In this document: in pieces, positions 12,914 to 25,746 of the stretch
Numbering within the stretch: position 1 is the first letter of the stretch
Layout of the letters: every line of letters starts with the position of its first letter
From: Lama guanicoe
Taxonomy: Eukaryota
NCBI GenBank assembly: GCA_013239625.1
Contig: MU056905.1
Coordinates: 15,682,373-15,746,372 of the forward strand
Length of the DNA stretch: 64,000 nucleotides
Reading direction: 5' to 3'
Translations under genes and position numbers: made by a program
The notes under the pieces: generated by a model
What the model was told of the DNA's origin: nothing
Seen by the model: only the letters and a program-made list of their open reading frames with translations
Databases searched by the model: none

Positions 12914-13129
12914 CAGTTGACCCTCGAACGACGCAGGGGTCAGGGGCACCAATCCTCAGTGCATAACTTTACAGGCCGTCCATGTCCACAGTTCTGCACC
13001 CGTGGATTCAGCCAACCTCGGGTTGAATCAGGTAGTACTGTAGTATGTGCGGTCAAACTTATTTCATGGAAAAACCCCCATATAAGTGGACTCGAGCAGT
13101 TCAAACACGTGTTGTTGAAGGGTCCACGG
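12914..13129. mobile_element. Tigger2-family non-autonomous DNA transposon (MER8-like)
   Basis: Terminal inverted repeats cagttgaccctcgaacgac / gttgttgaagggtccacgg, preceded by TA. Confidence 0.8.
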
Positions 13130-13199
13130 TGATTGGTCTATCTCATTTAAAATAAATGCCCATGTCCTCTTCATGGTCTAGTCCTCTTCCCTTTGGCCC

Positions 13200-13610
13200 A
13201 GCCTCAGTACTCAGGGCTGTTTCTCCAGTCGGCGGACGTTACTGTAGGCCCTTTCCCTTGCTGTTGTCTCCACTTGGAACTCTCTTTCCCAGAAATCTAT
13301 GCAACTCTCTCCCTTAGCCCTTCCAGCTCTTTGCTCAAACGTCTCCTCCTTAGCGATGCCTGCTTTGACTGCCATATTTAAAATCATACCCCCTCCTCCA
13401 GTATTCTTTTCCCCCTTTCCTATTTTACTTTTCTCCACAGAACTTACCACTTGTTAAATTAATATTTTTATTTTTAGCTTTCTGACTCCCTCCACTAGAA
13501 TGCATACTCCACAAGGGGAGGAATTTTGCCTGTTTGTCTCCTCGTTACCCCCAGCCCTGGAAGAGTGACTCGTAGACCGGAGGCCTCATGGAATCCAAAG
13601 ACGAATACAT
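13200..13610 (+). mobile_element. L2 3' fragment
   Basis: ctcaaacgtctcctcctt...ctccctccactagaatgcatactccac L2 3' signature. Confidence 0.7.
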
Positions 13611-14852
13611 GAAGATCTCATTCATTCATGTATTTGGGAGACAATGACATTAGCAAAGGATGAGCCTCCCTCACCCTCCCTTTGTACAAGCAGCTCAAGG
13701 AGGAGGGACAACAAGACCCCAATGACAAGTTTGAAAATGGTCTTGCAGTCAGGCACAGAGGATGAAAGAGTCCTAGAAAACAGTGCCATGACTGCTACGC
13801 CACTGGAAAAGCCCGGCTGCAGACAAGAAAAGATCTTTAAGCCTGGTCCAGCCAGGAAAAGACAGGCAACGAGTTGCAGGGACAGAACCTTTCCTCCTCT
13901 CCACCCCAAGATGCTGCCTCCTGTTTCCTGAGAAAGAAGAGGGCAGGCCTGCTCCTGTTATCCTGGGACTCAGCAGGGCAGCCTACAGGATAGTTAAGGA
14001 CCAAACAATACACTCCCTCTTGGTGTATGTGCAATTTCCTTGCATATTTTGGAATATATTACAATAATGTGCAAGTACTATTTTTGGAATGCAATCGTTT
14101 GAACTGCCCGCCAGCGATTTGCCTGTAAGGCTGGCAGCATCAAGCAGAGGGAAGGTTCTGCAGTAAAGGGAATGACACTGCTTTCCCTGGATGCTCCACA
14201 ACGTGCTGCCTGGCACAGGAGGTTTTCAACTCACTGGTTGGTTTGAAATCTACATAAAATCCTCACTGGGAAGCATCTGTTAAAATCTCAGGAAAACCCT
14301 CAAGTAAAGGACAGGACATCACCATCAACAAAAATGAGAAAGTGACAGGGGTCTTGGAAAAGCCATGCTGAGCTCTCTATAAGCCGTGTGCTTTATCTGA
14401 ATGAAAGTAGTCAGTGTAACGCCTGACAGTACCACCAAGATTGAAGGAGGAGCCAGGCTGGGAAATGTGTGACACTGAATTGGTGTGACAGTTTGTGTGC
14501 TAGAATTCCTGGAAGGGAGACTCTGCTGGTGGGCAAAACTGAAGTGCTCAGTGCTCATTTGGGTATTGTCATTTTATTCAACGTATCCACATTTTAAAAA
14601 AACAGAGTCTGTTTGTTCTGATAACCTGTTTTATATGAATTTTACTGTGATGTAGAAAAAGAATGTATCCTTCAACATATTTGGAAAATACCTACTCTCT
14701 TCTATCTTTTCTCATGAAAAATTTCATTTTAATTTTCACCTAACCCCTGCCTCCCTCCCCCTCCCCCCTTCGCCCACACAAACACACACATTCATACACT
14801 TTTTCAAGTTGCCAAATACATGTTTAAGGCTTAGAGTCTTGGGTCTGTCTTT

Positions 14853-15102
14853 AAGTGGTAGCAAACATATCCATCACCCAGGCTATGCTCCATGTCACAG
14901 ATCTGACCACCAGTATGTTTTTGTAAATAACGTTCTGCTAAAACACAACCATATCCTCTCGCTCACCTATTGTCTACTGTCCATGGCTGCTTTCCTTGCA
15001 ATGGCAGAGTTGAGTAGTAGAGAGAGAGACTGTACAGCTTGCAAAGCTTAAGATACCTGTTTTCTACCCTTTTACAAAAAAAAAAAAAGTTGGTGGACTC
15101 CT
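14853..15102. mobile_element. hAT-Charlie MER58A-like
   Basis: gtttttgtaaataacgttctg...ggctgctttc...gcagagttgagtagt...ccctttaca...aaagttggtggactcct. Confidence 0.75.
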
Positions 15103-16155
15103 AATCTAGCAGATGCACATTTCTGATACAAAGTCTGTAGTTAAGTGTACTCTTAAACTAGCCCATTCTTCTAGGATCGCCTGAATAATGGTATATATAA
15201 CAAACTGTTGTTCAAAGATGGGGATGTGGTTCTATGACTGTCATTCTGATGGTTACCATTTCCCCAAGCCTGCTAACTTCTGTTAGATATAACTTACTCT
15301 GTAAAACAGGATTGTGAAACAGTGTAGACAGCTCAGGGTGAGAGCCCACAGCAAGACACTGCCTACAATGAAACCCACCGAAAGTGAGGAGCCTAATAAA
15401 ATCGGGGGAGGGGTTATAACTGAGTCTCCTTAAGTGCATATATTTCACAGCTGTGGTGCTAAGAGACAGATTGCTTGGAATGCCACGGGTAGGCGAAGCC
15501 AAACAAAAATGAGAGCATGAGGAAATTTTTCTAGCGAAAAATATTTTTCCTTGCAAATTTGAAATATTTTCCCTTATATGCTATATTCGTTTTTTCTTTT
15601 TCCCCTTTTGAAATCGAGTGGCTTCATCCTCTGCCGAATGTGTTTTCCCCCTTTTGATTTCTGCAGCAGATGAAAATTAATTCCTTCACCTGGTTCACAC
15701 AGACAATTTCTACAGGCATAGAGTGCAGCTTAAAAGAAATTGAAATGGATTGATTTTTGTAGGAGATGAACATGGTAAAACTGCCAAACTAAAATTAAAA
15801 AAAAATTTTTTTTGGTATTTTTTTTGCAATAGAAAGTAAAGGCATTGATAAGCAAAGCAGTTTTAAGGCAACACTCAAGGTCTCCCTCCACGGACTGTGT
15901 TATGTGTTTCTCTCCACCCCAGGGGTGAGTGCCACACTTGGCCATTTAGTTGTTCTGTGATCTGGAACAAGTCACTTCTCCTTGGGGGTGGGGGTTGTCA
16001 GTCACCACAACTGTCAACAAGAGTAGGAACTGCTGTCTACAGGGCTCTTGAGAGGACAGAAGGGGACTGAACTGTAAGGTTTTGTGAACTGCTGGGGAGC
16101 CTGTGTCAGTGGGAGGTGTTATTATCGTTCACCTTTGTCGGCAAAACCTCGGGAG

Positions 16156-16434
16156 GATTGGGGGTAGGAAGGGATAACCTTGGGAGTCTGAGATTTGTAA
16201 ATGTTAGCCACTATATATAAAAACAGATTAAAAAATTTGTCTATAGCACAGGGAACTGTATTCAATATCTTGTAATAACCTTTAATGAAAAAGAATATGA
16301 AAACAAATATATATATGTACATGTATGACTGGGACACTGTGCTGTGCACTAGAAATTAACACATTGTAACTGACTATGCTTCAATCTAAAAAAAAGTAAG
16401 TATTAAAAGCAAAGCCCAAAAAAAAAAAAAGAAC
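16156..16434 (+). mobile_element. Young 5'-truncated L1 3'UTR
   Basis: tatagcacagggaactgtattcaatatcttgtaataacc...tgactatgcttcaa + A tail; TSD aaacctcgggag (16144-16155) / aaacctcaggag (16435-16446). Confidence 0.88.
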
Positions 16435-17269
16435 AAACCTCAGGAGAACTTCCATTGGTGGCTGGAGATGAAGAGGGAAAGAAATGAAAGTAAAAGCAAG
16501 CATTTTTGTTGCTATTGAAAAGCCACCCTAGGAACGAGCCTTGCAGGGTAAAAAGTTGAAACTAAATGAGGCTTTCAGTTTTCTGTGGGTTGCAGTGATT
16601 CAAATTAGCCCGAGGGCTCCCCTTTTGTCTCTCCCCAGTAGCAGCGGTTACACCCGGGGTTGGCAGGAGATGAAACGCTGCTGTGCGCACAGAACCCGTC
16701 TGTGCATAGCCAGGGTCTCCCCCCAGATCACTGTGCCTGGGCCACTTCCATTTGTTTCCTATTTAATATTCCTGGGATGTTAAAAAGTGAACCGCCAAAA
16801 TAGTTACAAACATTGTGCTGCATTTTAAAACGTTTATGTTGAATAAATGAGTAATATTTACACCTACATTTAAATAAGTGAGATATAATTTTCTTGCTTT
16901 TCAAAAAATTACACCATTGATAAGCAACATTTATGTCGGCTACGCTGTAGGGAGTGGGGCCCAAGTTTAAGGTCATGTGATGGACAATTCCTTCCAGTCC
17001 TAAGAGCGAATGTTACTGCACATGCATGTTTATTTGGGAATGACGTCAAAAGTCTGTATTTGAGACTTTCCAAACTGGAAGGCTGGGCTAAAAAGACTTT
17101 CCTGCTCTCCCTCCCCCAGCTCCTCAGCCCTTAGCCTACCCTGAGACCCGAATGGTAGTGTATGATAATGACCGTGTGGATAAATGGGGAGGAGAAAAAT
17201 AAGGGATGTTGGAGGGGTCTGTGATGGACAATTTCCACAAGTATTTTTCAAGTGCCTACTATGACCAGA

Positions 17270-17450
17270 GGTAATAACAGAGTTGTGATTAAGTTCATAT
17301 CCAGATTTGAATCTTGGCAGTTTTATTTCTTACTGTGTTGTCCAACCTCTCTAAGCCCCAGTCTTCTCATCAGTGACCTCATTTGTGAGGTACCGCATTG
17401 GTTGTTGTGAAGATTAAATGACTTATACCTGGAAAGTCATCAGTATGGTG
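17270..17450 (+). mobile_element. MIR SINE
   Basis: aacctctctaagccccagtcttctcatcagt...ggttgttgtgaagattaaatga. Confidence 0.7.
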
Positions 17451-17799
17451 TGGTGAACAAGCAATACCAAAGCTCTTGCCCCCAGGGAGCTTATAGTCCA
17501 GCTCCTTACGGCATTTTATTCTCCATTCTCTCTTCTGTAAGCTGGTCTATCTGAAACAACTGCCTTTCAGCATCTAAAGACATTTGGTAAAACATGGGTC
17601 AATGCTTCTTCACTGATAAGGGGGATAAAAAAGCATCCGTGATATTAAGGAAACTCTGAAAAAGTCATTAATCAACCACTCAATAAGAAACAGCATGTTA
17701 GGCACTGTCCAGGAGTTGATCATATTGCAGTGAACAAGCCAGATATGGTTCTACCCTCGTGGGTAGGAAAGATATTAGATACATAAATTGCTTTGCATA

Positions 17800-18829
17800 A
17801 CGTAATTTTTTGTTGAATTATAAAAGTGCATACTGAAAGTGAACAATAAGTATACAGCTCAATTAATTTTCACAAAATGAACACACACATATACAGCTCA
17901 TACCCAAATCAAGAATCTCATTAGCACCTCCAGATACCTCCCTCTTCCCTCTTCCACTTACAACCCGCCCACCCTCCAGGGCTAACAGTCTGACTCCTAC
18001 AATCACAGATTACTTTTGCCTGTTTTTAAATTTTATAAAAAAGTAACCACAAGCATATACTGTTTTGCAGCTGGCTGTTTCTACTCAGCAGTATGTTTGT
18101 GAGTTTCATCCTTTTGTGTGTGTGAGTTATAGTTTGTTTATTCTCATTCTTGCATATTATTCTACTGTATGAATGAATATGCCATGATTTTTGTATCCAC
18201 TCTACTGTTGATTACATTTAAGGTGTTTCTAATTTGGGAATATTACAAATAATACCTGCCATTTGTTGAATGCATACATGCATTTCTGTTGGGTGTATAC
18301 GGAGGAGTGGAATTGCTGAGTATAGGTTATAAGTATATTCAGTTTTAACTGAGACTATTAAAATAGTTTTCCAAAAGTAGTTCACAGTTTACACTCTGGT
18401 CAGTAGCGTATGAAAGTTCTGCTTGCTCTGAACTGTCTGTCTTTTCCTTTTTAGCCATTTTGGAAGATTTGTTGTGGTATCTGCATTAATTTACTCTGCA
18501 TTTCCCCAATGACTAATGTAGTCAAATGCCTTATTCATTTTCATGTTTATTTTCTATTTGGATATCTTCTCTTGTGAATTATCTTTTCTGACATCTGCCT
18601 GTTTGCCCATTTTCTCTTCCTTTTTCTTACTGATTTGAAGGACTGCTTTATGTTTTCCAGATAAGGGTCCTTTGACAGATGTAAGTATTGAAATTCTCTT
18701 CCTCCAGTCTGTGGCTTATCTTTTTGCTCTCTAAATGGCTTTGAAGAACTGAAGTTCTTAATTTTAATGTAGTCCAATTGATCAATATTTTTCCCCTTAT
18801 GGTTATTGCTTTTTGATTCTTAACTCTGC
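17800..18829 (-). mobile_element. Old L1M 3' end/ORF2 end (left part; resumes at 21177)
   Basis: Antisense L1 text ending ttttaatgtagtccaattgatcaatatttttccccttatggttattgcttt; the expected continuation accccaaggtcatgaagat appears at ~21180. Confidence 0.85.
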
Positions 18830-19264
18830 CCGAGGCAGTTCTTGTGGAAGAAACTAGAGCAAGGCTGGGAAATTGTCATGCACTCTGTTGCCTGGGCTAG
18901 CAAACAATACAGTCAGGACAGCAAAGGTGACCCCAAGAAACCACAAGGTGAGATGTCTGCTCATGCCATCTTAGTGGAGAAAAATCCAGAGACCCTGTGA
19001 ACTCTGCATTTTCCAAGTGCTCCGAAGTGCAGTATTATGTGTGGGTAAGAGAAATACAAATTTGGTGAAATGGCAAAGTGCCCTTTGCTCAAAAAATGAA
19101 GGACTGGAGATGAGTTAAGGGAGGCAAAAGAAAAGATCACAGTATCCCAAATACCCTCGTAACCCACCTGACTTCTTCCTCTTCTACTGAAACCTCTGCC
19201 CAAGATCAAATCCACAAACCTAGGCATTTCCACTGGAGATGTGGCCCAAAAGCTGCTGACATGT

Positions 19265-19797
19265 TATGGTATACAGAATTAATAGAATGCCCCCACAAAG
19301 ATATTTCACCCTAATTCCTGGAACCTATAAATGTGATGAGACATCACCTACTCATGTGATTGTGTCCTATAGAAGAGTTGACCTTAAAATAGGAGATTAT
19401 CTGGGTGGGTGTGATTTAATCAACAAAACCTAGAGTAAGTCAGAGAGATGTGAAGAATGATGGGGATGTGGCTTAAAGAGTCAGGAGGCCATGTGAAAGG
19501 AATCCTGGCAACCTTAAAGATTGTAGAGAGAACTCTGGTCAACAGCCATCAACAAAACAGGCTCTTCAGTCCTAGGACGACAAAGAACTGAATTCTGCCA
19601 ATAGCCTGAATGAGCCTGGAAGTGATGCCTACTCAGAACTTGCAGATGAGGACTCATCTTGGCTGATAACTTGAGCAGAGAATCCAGTCACACCATGCTG
19701 GACTTCTGAACTATAGGGCTATAAGCTAATAAATGGATGCTGGTTTAAGCTGCTAAATTTGTAGTAAGTCATTACACAGTGATAGAAAAATAAAACA
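19265..19797 (+). mobile_element. MaLR solo LTR (MLT1D/E-like) inserted in HMGB3 pseudogene CDS
   Basis: tatggtatacagaat...gcccccacaaagatatttcaccctaattcctggaacc...aaggaactgaattctgccaa-like...tttaagctgctaaatttgtagtaa...aaaca; direct repeat acatgt at 19259-19264 and 19795-19800. Confidence 0.9.
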
Positions 19798-20789
19798 TGT
19801 GGAATAATTTGAGTGATGGTGAAAAACCACCATGTAAAAAGGCAACAGAGTTGCAAGGGATGAAAGTGAAGGATGTTGCCAACCGTCATCAAGAGAAGGG
19901 ATGGGCTAAAGAGTCCATTTAACATTTCCTGGAAAAAGAAGGTGGTGGAGGAGGAAGATAAAGAGCATGAGAAAGGGATAAAGAGGATCAGGAGGAGACT
20001 AATTAATACAACTGTGTGTCTGAAGACATAAGGTAAAATGCATTTATTAACCCACCTTCCATTTGAGAAGACACCTGTTGCTCTGAGTTTAACTGCATAA
20101 CTGGAACATGATCACACTGTGGTTTTGGAAGTGCTCTAGAAACTGCAAGTGGTTTCTATGAAGTGTTTCGGGGGGGTCACAAGTACCCAGAAATTCTATC
20201 AAAGTTCATGTCTAAATAATTTTGAAATATGTCTAAAGAATTTTGAAATAAAAAGATACTCTGTTGTCTTCACTCCATGAACTTAGAGATTCATGTGGGA
20301 GGGCAATTAAAATGTTTCTAGAATTTAAAAAAAATTATTTGTAACTTATTTGTGAGGTGGGGTTATCCATTAGAAATCTTGAATTATCAACTGCATATAT
20401 CTACAGACTGGAAAAAGAACAAACTGGGCAACCCCTGTGGTCCAAGCTTGGTTTTGTAATGTTGTGCGAGGCGGCACCTTTTGTAGTGACTTCAGAGATG
20501 AGGCCAAACCTGTTGGCCCGGTTTCAGGTGATCCTGTTTTCCTAAACAGTGACATAACATACTACTGACATTCTTAGCCATGGAAAAGGGACATTAGCGG
20601 GCATGGGAAGTGTTCTGGTTATTTTTAGTTAAATCTGGTAGTTTCAAAACAAACTGTAAAACTCTCCATTGTCAGAAAAGTGAGTAGCCACTGCCTCAAA
20701 GAAAATGCATAAGCCTTCTGACTTTAACACGCAATTTGCAGCGTTCTGTGTTTTCTTTCCTTTTTGTATGTTTAGAACGCTAAGACTTC

Positions 20790-21002
20790 CTTGTTATGTA
20801 GATTTTTTATTGAAGCGTAACATACTACAGAAGAGTGCATGTCAGCCAGTGTGAAGCAGGATGAGTTTTCACAAAGTGAACACAGCTGGGTGACAAGCAC
20901 CGAGGATGAGACCCCCCGCCTCTGCCCCCTCCCAGTTACAGCTGCCCCGTCTCCCCCACAGATAACTTCTATCCTCACTCCTAATATAAAGGTTTGGTTT
21001 CT
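20790..21002 (-). mobile_element. Short L1M 3'-end fragment inserted in HMGB3 3'UTR
   Basis: tttttattgaagcgtaacatac...ttttcacaaagtgaacacagctgggtgac; flanked by similar agaacgctaa / agaatgctgaa. Confidence 0.7.
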
Positions 21003-21044
21003 TTTCAGAATGCTGAAATGTTTTAGCAAAACAGAGCATCATAT

Positions 21045-21138
21045 ATATACATATTTATTTTAATGGCGGTACTGGGAATTGAACCCAGGACCTTGTGCAT
21101 GCTAGGCATGCACTCTGCCACTGAGCTATTCTCCCCCT
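21045..21138 (-). mobile_element. Vic-1 type SINE
   Basis: Antisense tRNA-Ala-like body; flanks catcatat / catcgtat. Confidence 0.9.
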
Positions 21139-21176
21139 CAAACATCGTATTTTTCAACTGGGGAAAAAAAAGAAAA

Positions 21177-21790
21177 TTTACCCCAAGGTCATGAAGATCT
21201 TTTCCTGTTTTCTTTCAGAAGTTTTACTGTGTTACTATTTACATTTAAGTCTTGCTCTATCTCAGTTTAATTTTTGGTTTGGTGTGAGGCCAGATAATGG
21301 TCCAACCTTGGCCCAAGAGCCTGGTGTCTTCACCTGGTGCCTCCCCTTGGCTGGTGCGGGACTCTGACTCTCCTCTTGTGCGACTGCTGAAAACTGATGG
21401 TTTTCAGAGGCTTTCTGCTTGTTTGTTAGCCTGCAGTACTCATATACCTCCAATTCAGGAAATCCCTTGAAGGAGGAATCCGCTACGTGTTTGAGGACTC
21501 CCTCCTTCCCTCGTGTCTCTATTACAAATTCTCTGGTTTCTCTGTCCCCAGATTCCCAGCTTCTGCCAGGACCCAGGATGGATGAACACCACTGGGGGGG
21601 CGGGGGAGAGGTTGCTGGAGTCAGCTCCCCTCCCTGAGGGTCTTCTCACTCAGGACTCAGTGCCCCCAGCCCTCGTGGCCTTACCAGCTTTCCACTGCCT
21701 TCACACAGATGATTTCTGCATTTAATTGGACCTTTCCTGTTTTCCTGGATGAAAGTGCTGGTCTACTGCAAACTACTCCCTATCACTTAC
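21177..21790 (-). mobile_element. Old L1M continuation plus L1M 5'-like fragment
   Basis: accccaaggtcatgaagatc...gaagttttact...ggtgtgagg continues the L1 interrupted at 18829; downstream part less certain. Confidence 0.6.
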
Positions 21791-22194
21791 AACAACAGAC
21801 ACTTTTTGAAATTGTAATTGTGATAAACTTATGAAGGGAAAAACCCACACAGGGTGCTATTATAAGAGGGAATATTTGGGGTCCCTGGTTCAAGAAGTCC
21901 ACTGTCTTCTGTAGAAAGGACTGTAATTTATCCTTGGTGGTCCTGAGCCTTTAGCACGGGGACAGGGCATTAGCGAGAAAGAACCAGCAGTTAAACATCT
22001 AAGCCCACTCTCCCCATCAGTCCTCCTCTTATGAAACAAGTAATTTAGCCTTTCTAGGTTCCAGTTTCCCTGATCCTGGAATTTCTTCACCTTAAGTACA
22101 GGATCCTGTCTTTTATAAACGCTGTCTTTATCCTGTCTTGGAATAAATGCAGTCTCTTAAAAAGAGAAAACAGAAATTTCCTTAACCTATTTAA

Positions 22195-22332
22195 CTATTT
22201 TTATTTATTTTTTGTTTGGGGGTAATTAAGTTTATTTATTATTATTATTTTTAATGAAGGTACTGGGGATTGAGCCCAGGACCTCAGGCATTCTAAGCAC
22301 ATGCTCTACCACTGAGCTATTCCCACTCCTCT
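22195..22332 (-). mobile_element. Vic-1 type SINE, long-tail variant
   Basis: tRNA-Ala-like body plus tail unit aataaataaacttaattacccccaaac; 15-bp TSD ccttaacctatttaa (22180-22194, 22333-22347). Confidence 0.93.
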
Positions 22333-23218
22333 CCTTAACCTATTTAAAATGGTGCATGTCTGCTGGAAAATCAAGACAGTAGTTTGTTGCTGGTTTTTCT
22401 TTTTATTAAGGTGAGGAGGAAGCAGAAGAAATTCTCATAAGGCCACATACTACCCAAAACTGCTGACACACAGCCTCTAGAGAAAAGATATTGGAGGCAA
22501 ATGTCTCTTTGCCTTCACACACTTTCTTCTATGGCTGCTCCAGCAGCTCGGGAATGCGCGCAGCTTTACAGACGAAGCCATTTGTAGAAAATGAAATTAA
22601 GAGCCATCAGTTAACACTGCACAGGATTAAGGCTAAGCTTATGTTGATGATATGTAGTGTCCTGGGATGGAATGGAGTTCAGGGTACTTTTTTCCCTCTC
22701 ATTCTTGAATTTACAACTGACAATGCCTAGGTATCAAGGAAGTTTTCAGAAACAGAGCCAAGAGATGGATGAGGCTGGGGGCAGGCTGGATAGTCACTGT
22801 GAGGACCGGGATGAGCCTTAAATAAAGAGCAGGACGTGCTCCTGTGCTGTGCTACCTGACAGCTGGCTTCCAGCTGATGAAACTCTGTAATAGTGTAGGA
22901 TAGGCAGGGACCTTAGTCAATCTGAGTGATCACCCCTTTGGGAGAACAAAATGCATGAATAATTAATTGAAATTCCTTTTTAAAGTAGGGTCAGAAGAAA
23001 ATGAAAGTTGTCTAGATAGAAGCCAGCCCCAGAGATAACCTCAGCTAATAGAGGATGTGATGGCTCTGAAGACAAACAAAATAGAGTGTAGGAGAACCAC
23101 AAGAAAAACAAATGAAGGGAAATGGGGAGGGAATAAAACACAGGGTGAGTTGGGAGGAAGCGGCTACTTGGGGCCAAGCCAGGGGAAAATGTGAAAGAAA
23201 AAAAAGGAAAAGAGCTCA

Positions 23219-23345
23219 TTACTCTGGTAGGCGATGTTGATAATAAGGGAGGCACTGCATGTGGGCACAGGAGGGACATGGGAATCTCTGTACCTTCCTC
23301 TCAGTTTTGCTGTAAACCTAAAACTGCTCTAAAAAAATAAACTCT
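23219..23345 (+). mobile_element. L1MC-like 3' terminus
   Basis: gggaatctctgtaccttcctctcagttttgctgtaaacctaaaactgctctaaaaaaataaa. Confidence 0.8.
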
Positions 23346-25473
23346 TGAAAAATTCGAAAAGCTTAGGAAGAAAAACAAAGTCCAGCATTGTGTGATTGCT
23401 GGGGATAGGGAAAGAGTGTTAAGTCATTTATTAGAAAAGCATCTTATTCAAGGATTGGACCTCGACCTCTCCTCCAGTTAATGCTGGGGAATTTCCCTTT
23501 TGGGATTTTGGCTTAAGGGAAAACAAAACAAAACAAAACAAAACAAACCAGACCAGAGGAGGATCCCAAACAGGAGTGGACAAACTACTGCAGGAAGACT
23601 CTCAAGATGGTCCCTGTCTTTCTCACTCCATCCTTTGAGGTCTCATCTCTGTCCCTTTCCATACTCTTCATTTGTTGCCCTGCTTTTCCATTCTTTTATG
23701 AAACTTCCGGTCACTTCTGATATTTCATCCTCCTCATCTAATCACCATAAGGCGTAGGAAATAGGATAATAGCAATAAAAACGACGGTTGATGAGAATAT
23801 GTATTACATATTACATGTATTATTATAAATGATTATATCATATGTACTATTACATATTAATGCAAATTAATATCAGCATCATAGCTGAGAATAAAGATAT
23901 ACCATTCTTGAAAGTCTTTTGTTGTAAGATGTGAACAGAATCTGGGTCTGAGTTGTATCTTGGCACTTGAAGGTTTGCAACATTTTTAAAGATGTTTTAA
24001 CTCTTGCCAGATCTCAGAACACCCATTCCCAAACCTGTACACTTTCAACTTTACCACTATTTTGAGATATGTATTTCCTGTATTATAGCACAATGAAACT
24101 GTCAAGCAAGTTGTAAGCATAAATAGAACGATGCTTTGTACTTTTAAAATGTCTTGCACTCCTAGAGCCAGACTTTCCCAAGCATCCTTACAACCAGGCA
24201 AGCACTAAGCACTCACAATTTTATAGCCAAGAAAACTGAAATATTGAGAAGCTAAGAGCTTGAGCCAGTGCCTTCCAGCCAGTCAGAAATACATGGAATT
24301 TGAGGAAAATATTTTACACTCAATATTGGACTTCCTGTACTGGGAAACATGAAATGAGAGGGAAAAATTGTAACTCAGGGTTGTGGAAGGATTTTAATCA
24401 CATTTATATGTTTACCAATTAAAAGCTAATATTTCCTAAGTAATATCATTTAAGAGTAGTACTAATAGAACAATGTGGTTTTTGTTTGAATAATTTGCTT
24501 CTGGATCTTTCATGATTAAAACTTATCAAAAAACACAAACTTTCATGGTCTTAGTGCAAGAGTGGAGAAAATGAAATGAGCTTAAGAATGACTATGACAT
24601 TTGTTTTATTTAAGTGCAGATTTATGCTGGCAGGTTTCATTCTAGCTCTTATCTACCTTTTTTGGAAGAGACCAGGGATCAGTTAAGATGATGTCTCTAA
24701 TTTCCAAGAGTCCTTCAAGCTGCTATTAAAGGTAAAGATTCATGCTTTCAATTAAAAAGGACTTTGTGCAACAGTCCAACATAGGACACTGGGGTCAGAC
24801 TCCTAGATCTTATAAAAGACAGACCTGAGCAGAAGCTAGCTCAGCTGACAGGCATTTGACTTGTCTAATTCAGAAACTGATGGAGAGCTGGGGTCTGAGG
24901 CTGTTGTTAGAGGGTGGGGAGTCTGACGGGGTGGGGAGTGGGGATCAGGAATAGGGAATTTGGTCTGGTGTTTGCTCTGAAGTTGGGTCAGACCCACACC
25001 TGTTGAAACACCCCATCCATGCAGTCTGTCAGTACCCCAGCTTTCACTAGTGACTTGTTGCACTGCGCACAGGAAGTTCTGTGCCTCCTTGTAACCCACA
25101 ACTCCTGGCACCAGGCAGTGTTGATCTCGTGGAAGGAAAACTGGATTTGAGGGCACTGCATCTAGGTCCTGTGCAGGCTGAGTAGCCTTGAAGGAGTCAC
25201 TTGACCTCTTTGGACCCCAGTTCACCTTCTAAGAGGGATAACATAAAATCTCACAGAATTGTTGCTTCAATTCAGTGAGATCCTGGATCTGGGGGAAGTG
25301 CTTTGTGATCTAGGGAGTACAACAGAAATAGCAGTTGCTGCTACATCGACAAGTGATTCTCTGCGTCACTCAACAAGCTGTCCACTGACGCTTTCTGGTC
25401 CTACCTGCCTTTTGCTTCTAGTACAGAACTCCTGAGAGAGCTCTCTAATGAGTTACAAAATGTATCCTGACAT

Positions 25474-25746
25474 CAGGGCGGCTGTGTCAGCCTGGACCTC
25501 TGTAGTCTCACAGCCCCTGCTCAGAAAGCCCTGGGCTTAGTTTAATACTCTGCCTTTGTCTTTAAGTTCTTCTTCTTCTTTTTTAATGGAGGTACTGGGG
25601 ATTGAACCCCCAACCTTGTGCATGCTAAGCATATGCTCTACCACTGAGTTATACCTACCCCATTGTCTTGAAGTTCTTAATCATTTTCAAACAAGGGGCT
25701 TACCTTTTTCTTTTGTACTAAGCCCTGCAAATTAGGTGCTGCCCGT
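25474..25746. mobile_element. hAT-Tip100 MER91-like element split by SINE
   Basis: cagggcggct...gcccctgctcagaaagccc...gtcttgaagttcttaatcattttcaaacaagggg...gccctgcaaatt. Confidence 0.65.
25572..25662 (-). mobile_element. Vic-1 type SINE
   Basis: Antisense body; TSD ttgtctttaagttctt / ttgtcttgaagttctt. Confidence 0.92.

Larger units (their letters stand above)
18830..21176 (+). pseudogene. HMGB3: HMGB3 processed pseudogene (5'UTR, disabled CDS, ~1 kb 3'UTR, poly(A) remnant), interrupted by three later insertions
   Basis: aacaatacagtcagg[aca]gcaaaggtgaccccaagaaacc = KGDPKKP with ATG mutated (18918-20); cccaagatcaaatccacaaacctaggcatttccactggagatgtggcc = PKIKSTN.GIS.GDVA (HMGB3-type box B); after the LTR, tggaataatttgagtgat = WNNLSD, then acidic-tail remnant and stop ~20000-20002. 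Downstream matches recalled HMGB3 3'UTR (gtgctctagaaact..., tttttgtatgtttagaa). No introns; many indels and stops. Confidence 0.92.

Noticed and set aside
22855-22890. Hammerhead-like ctga...hairpin...gaaac
   Set aside because: CUGANGA core and stem II/GAAA order are not canonical; no stems I or III.
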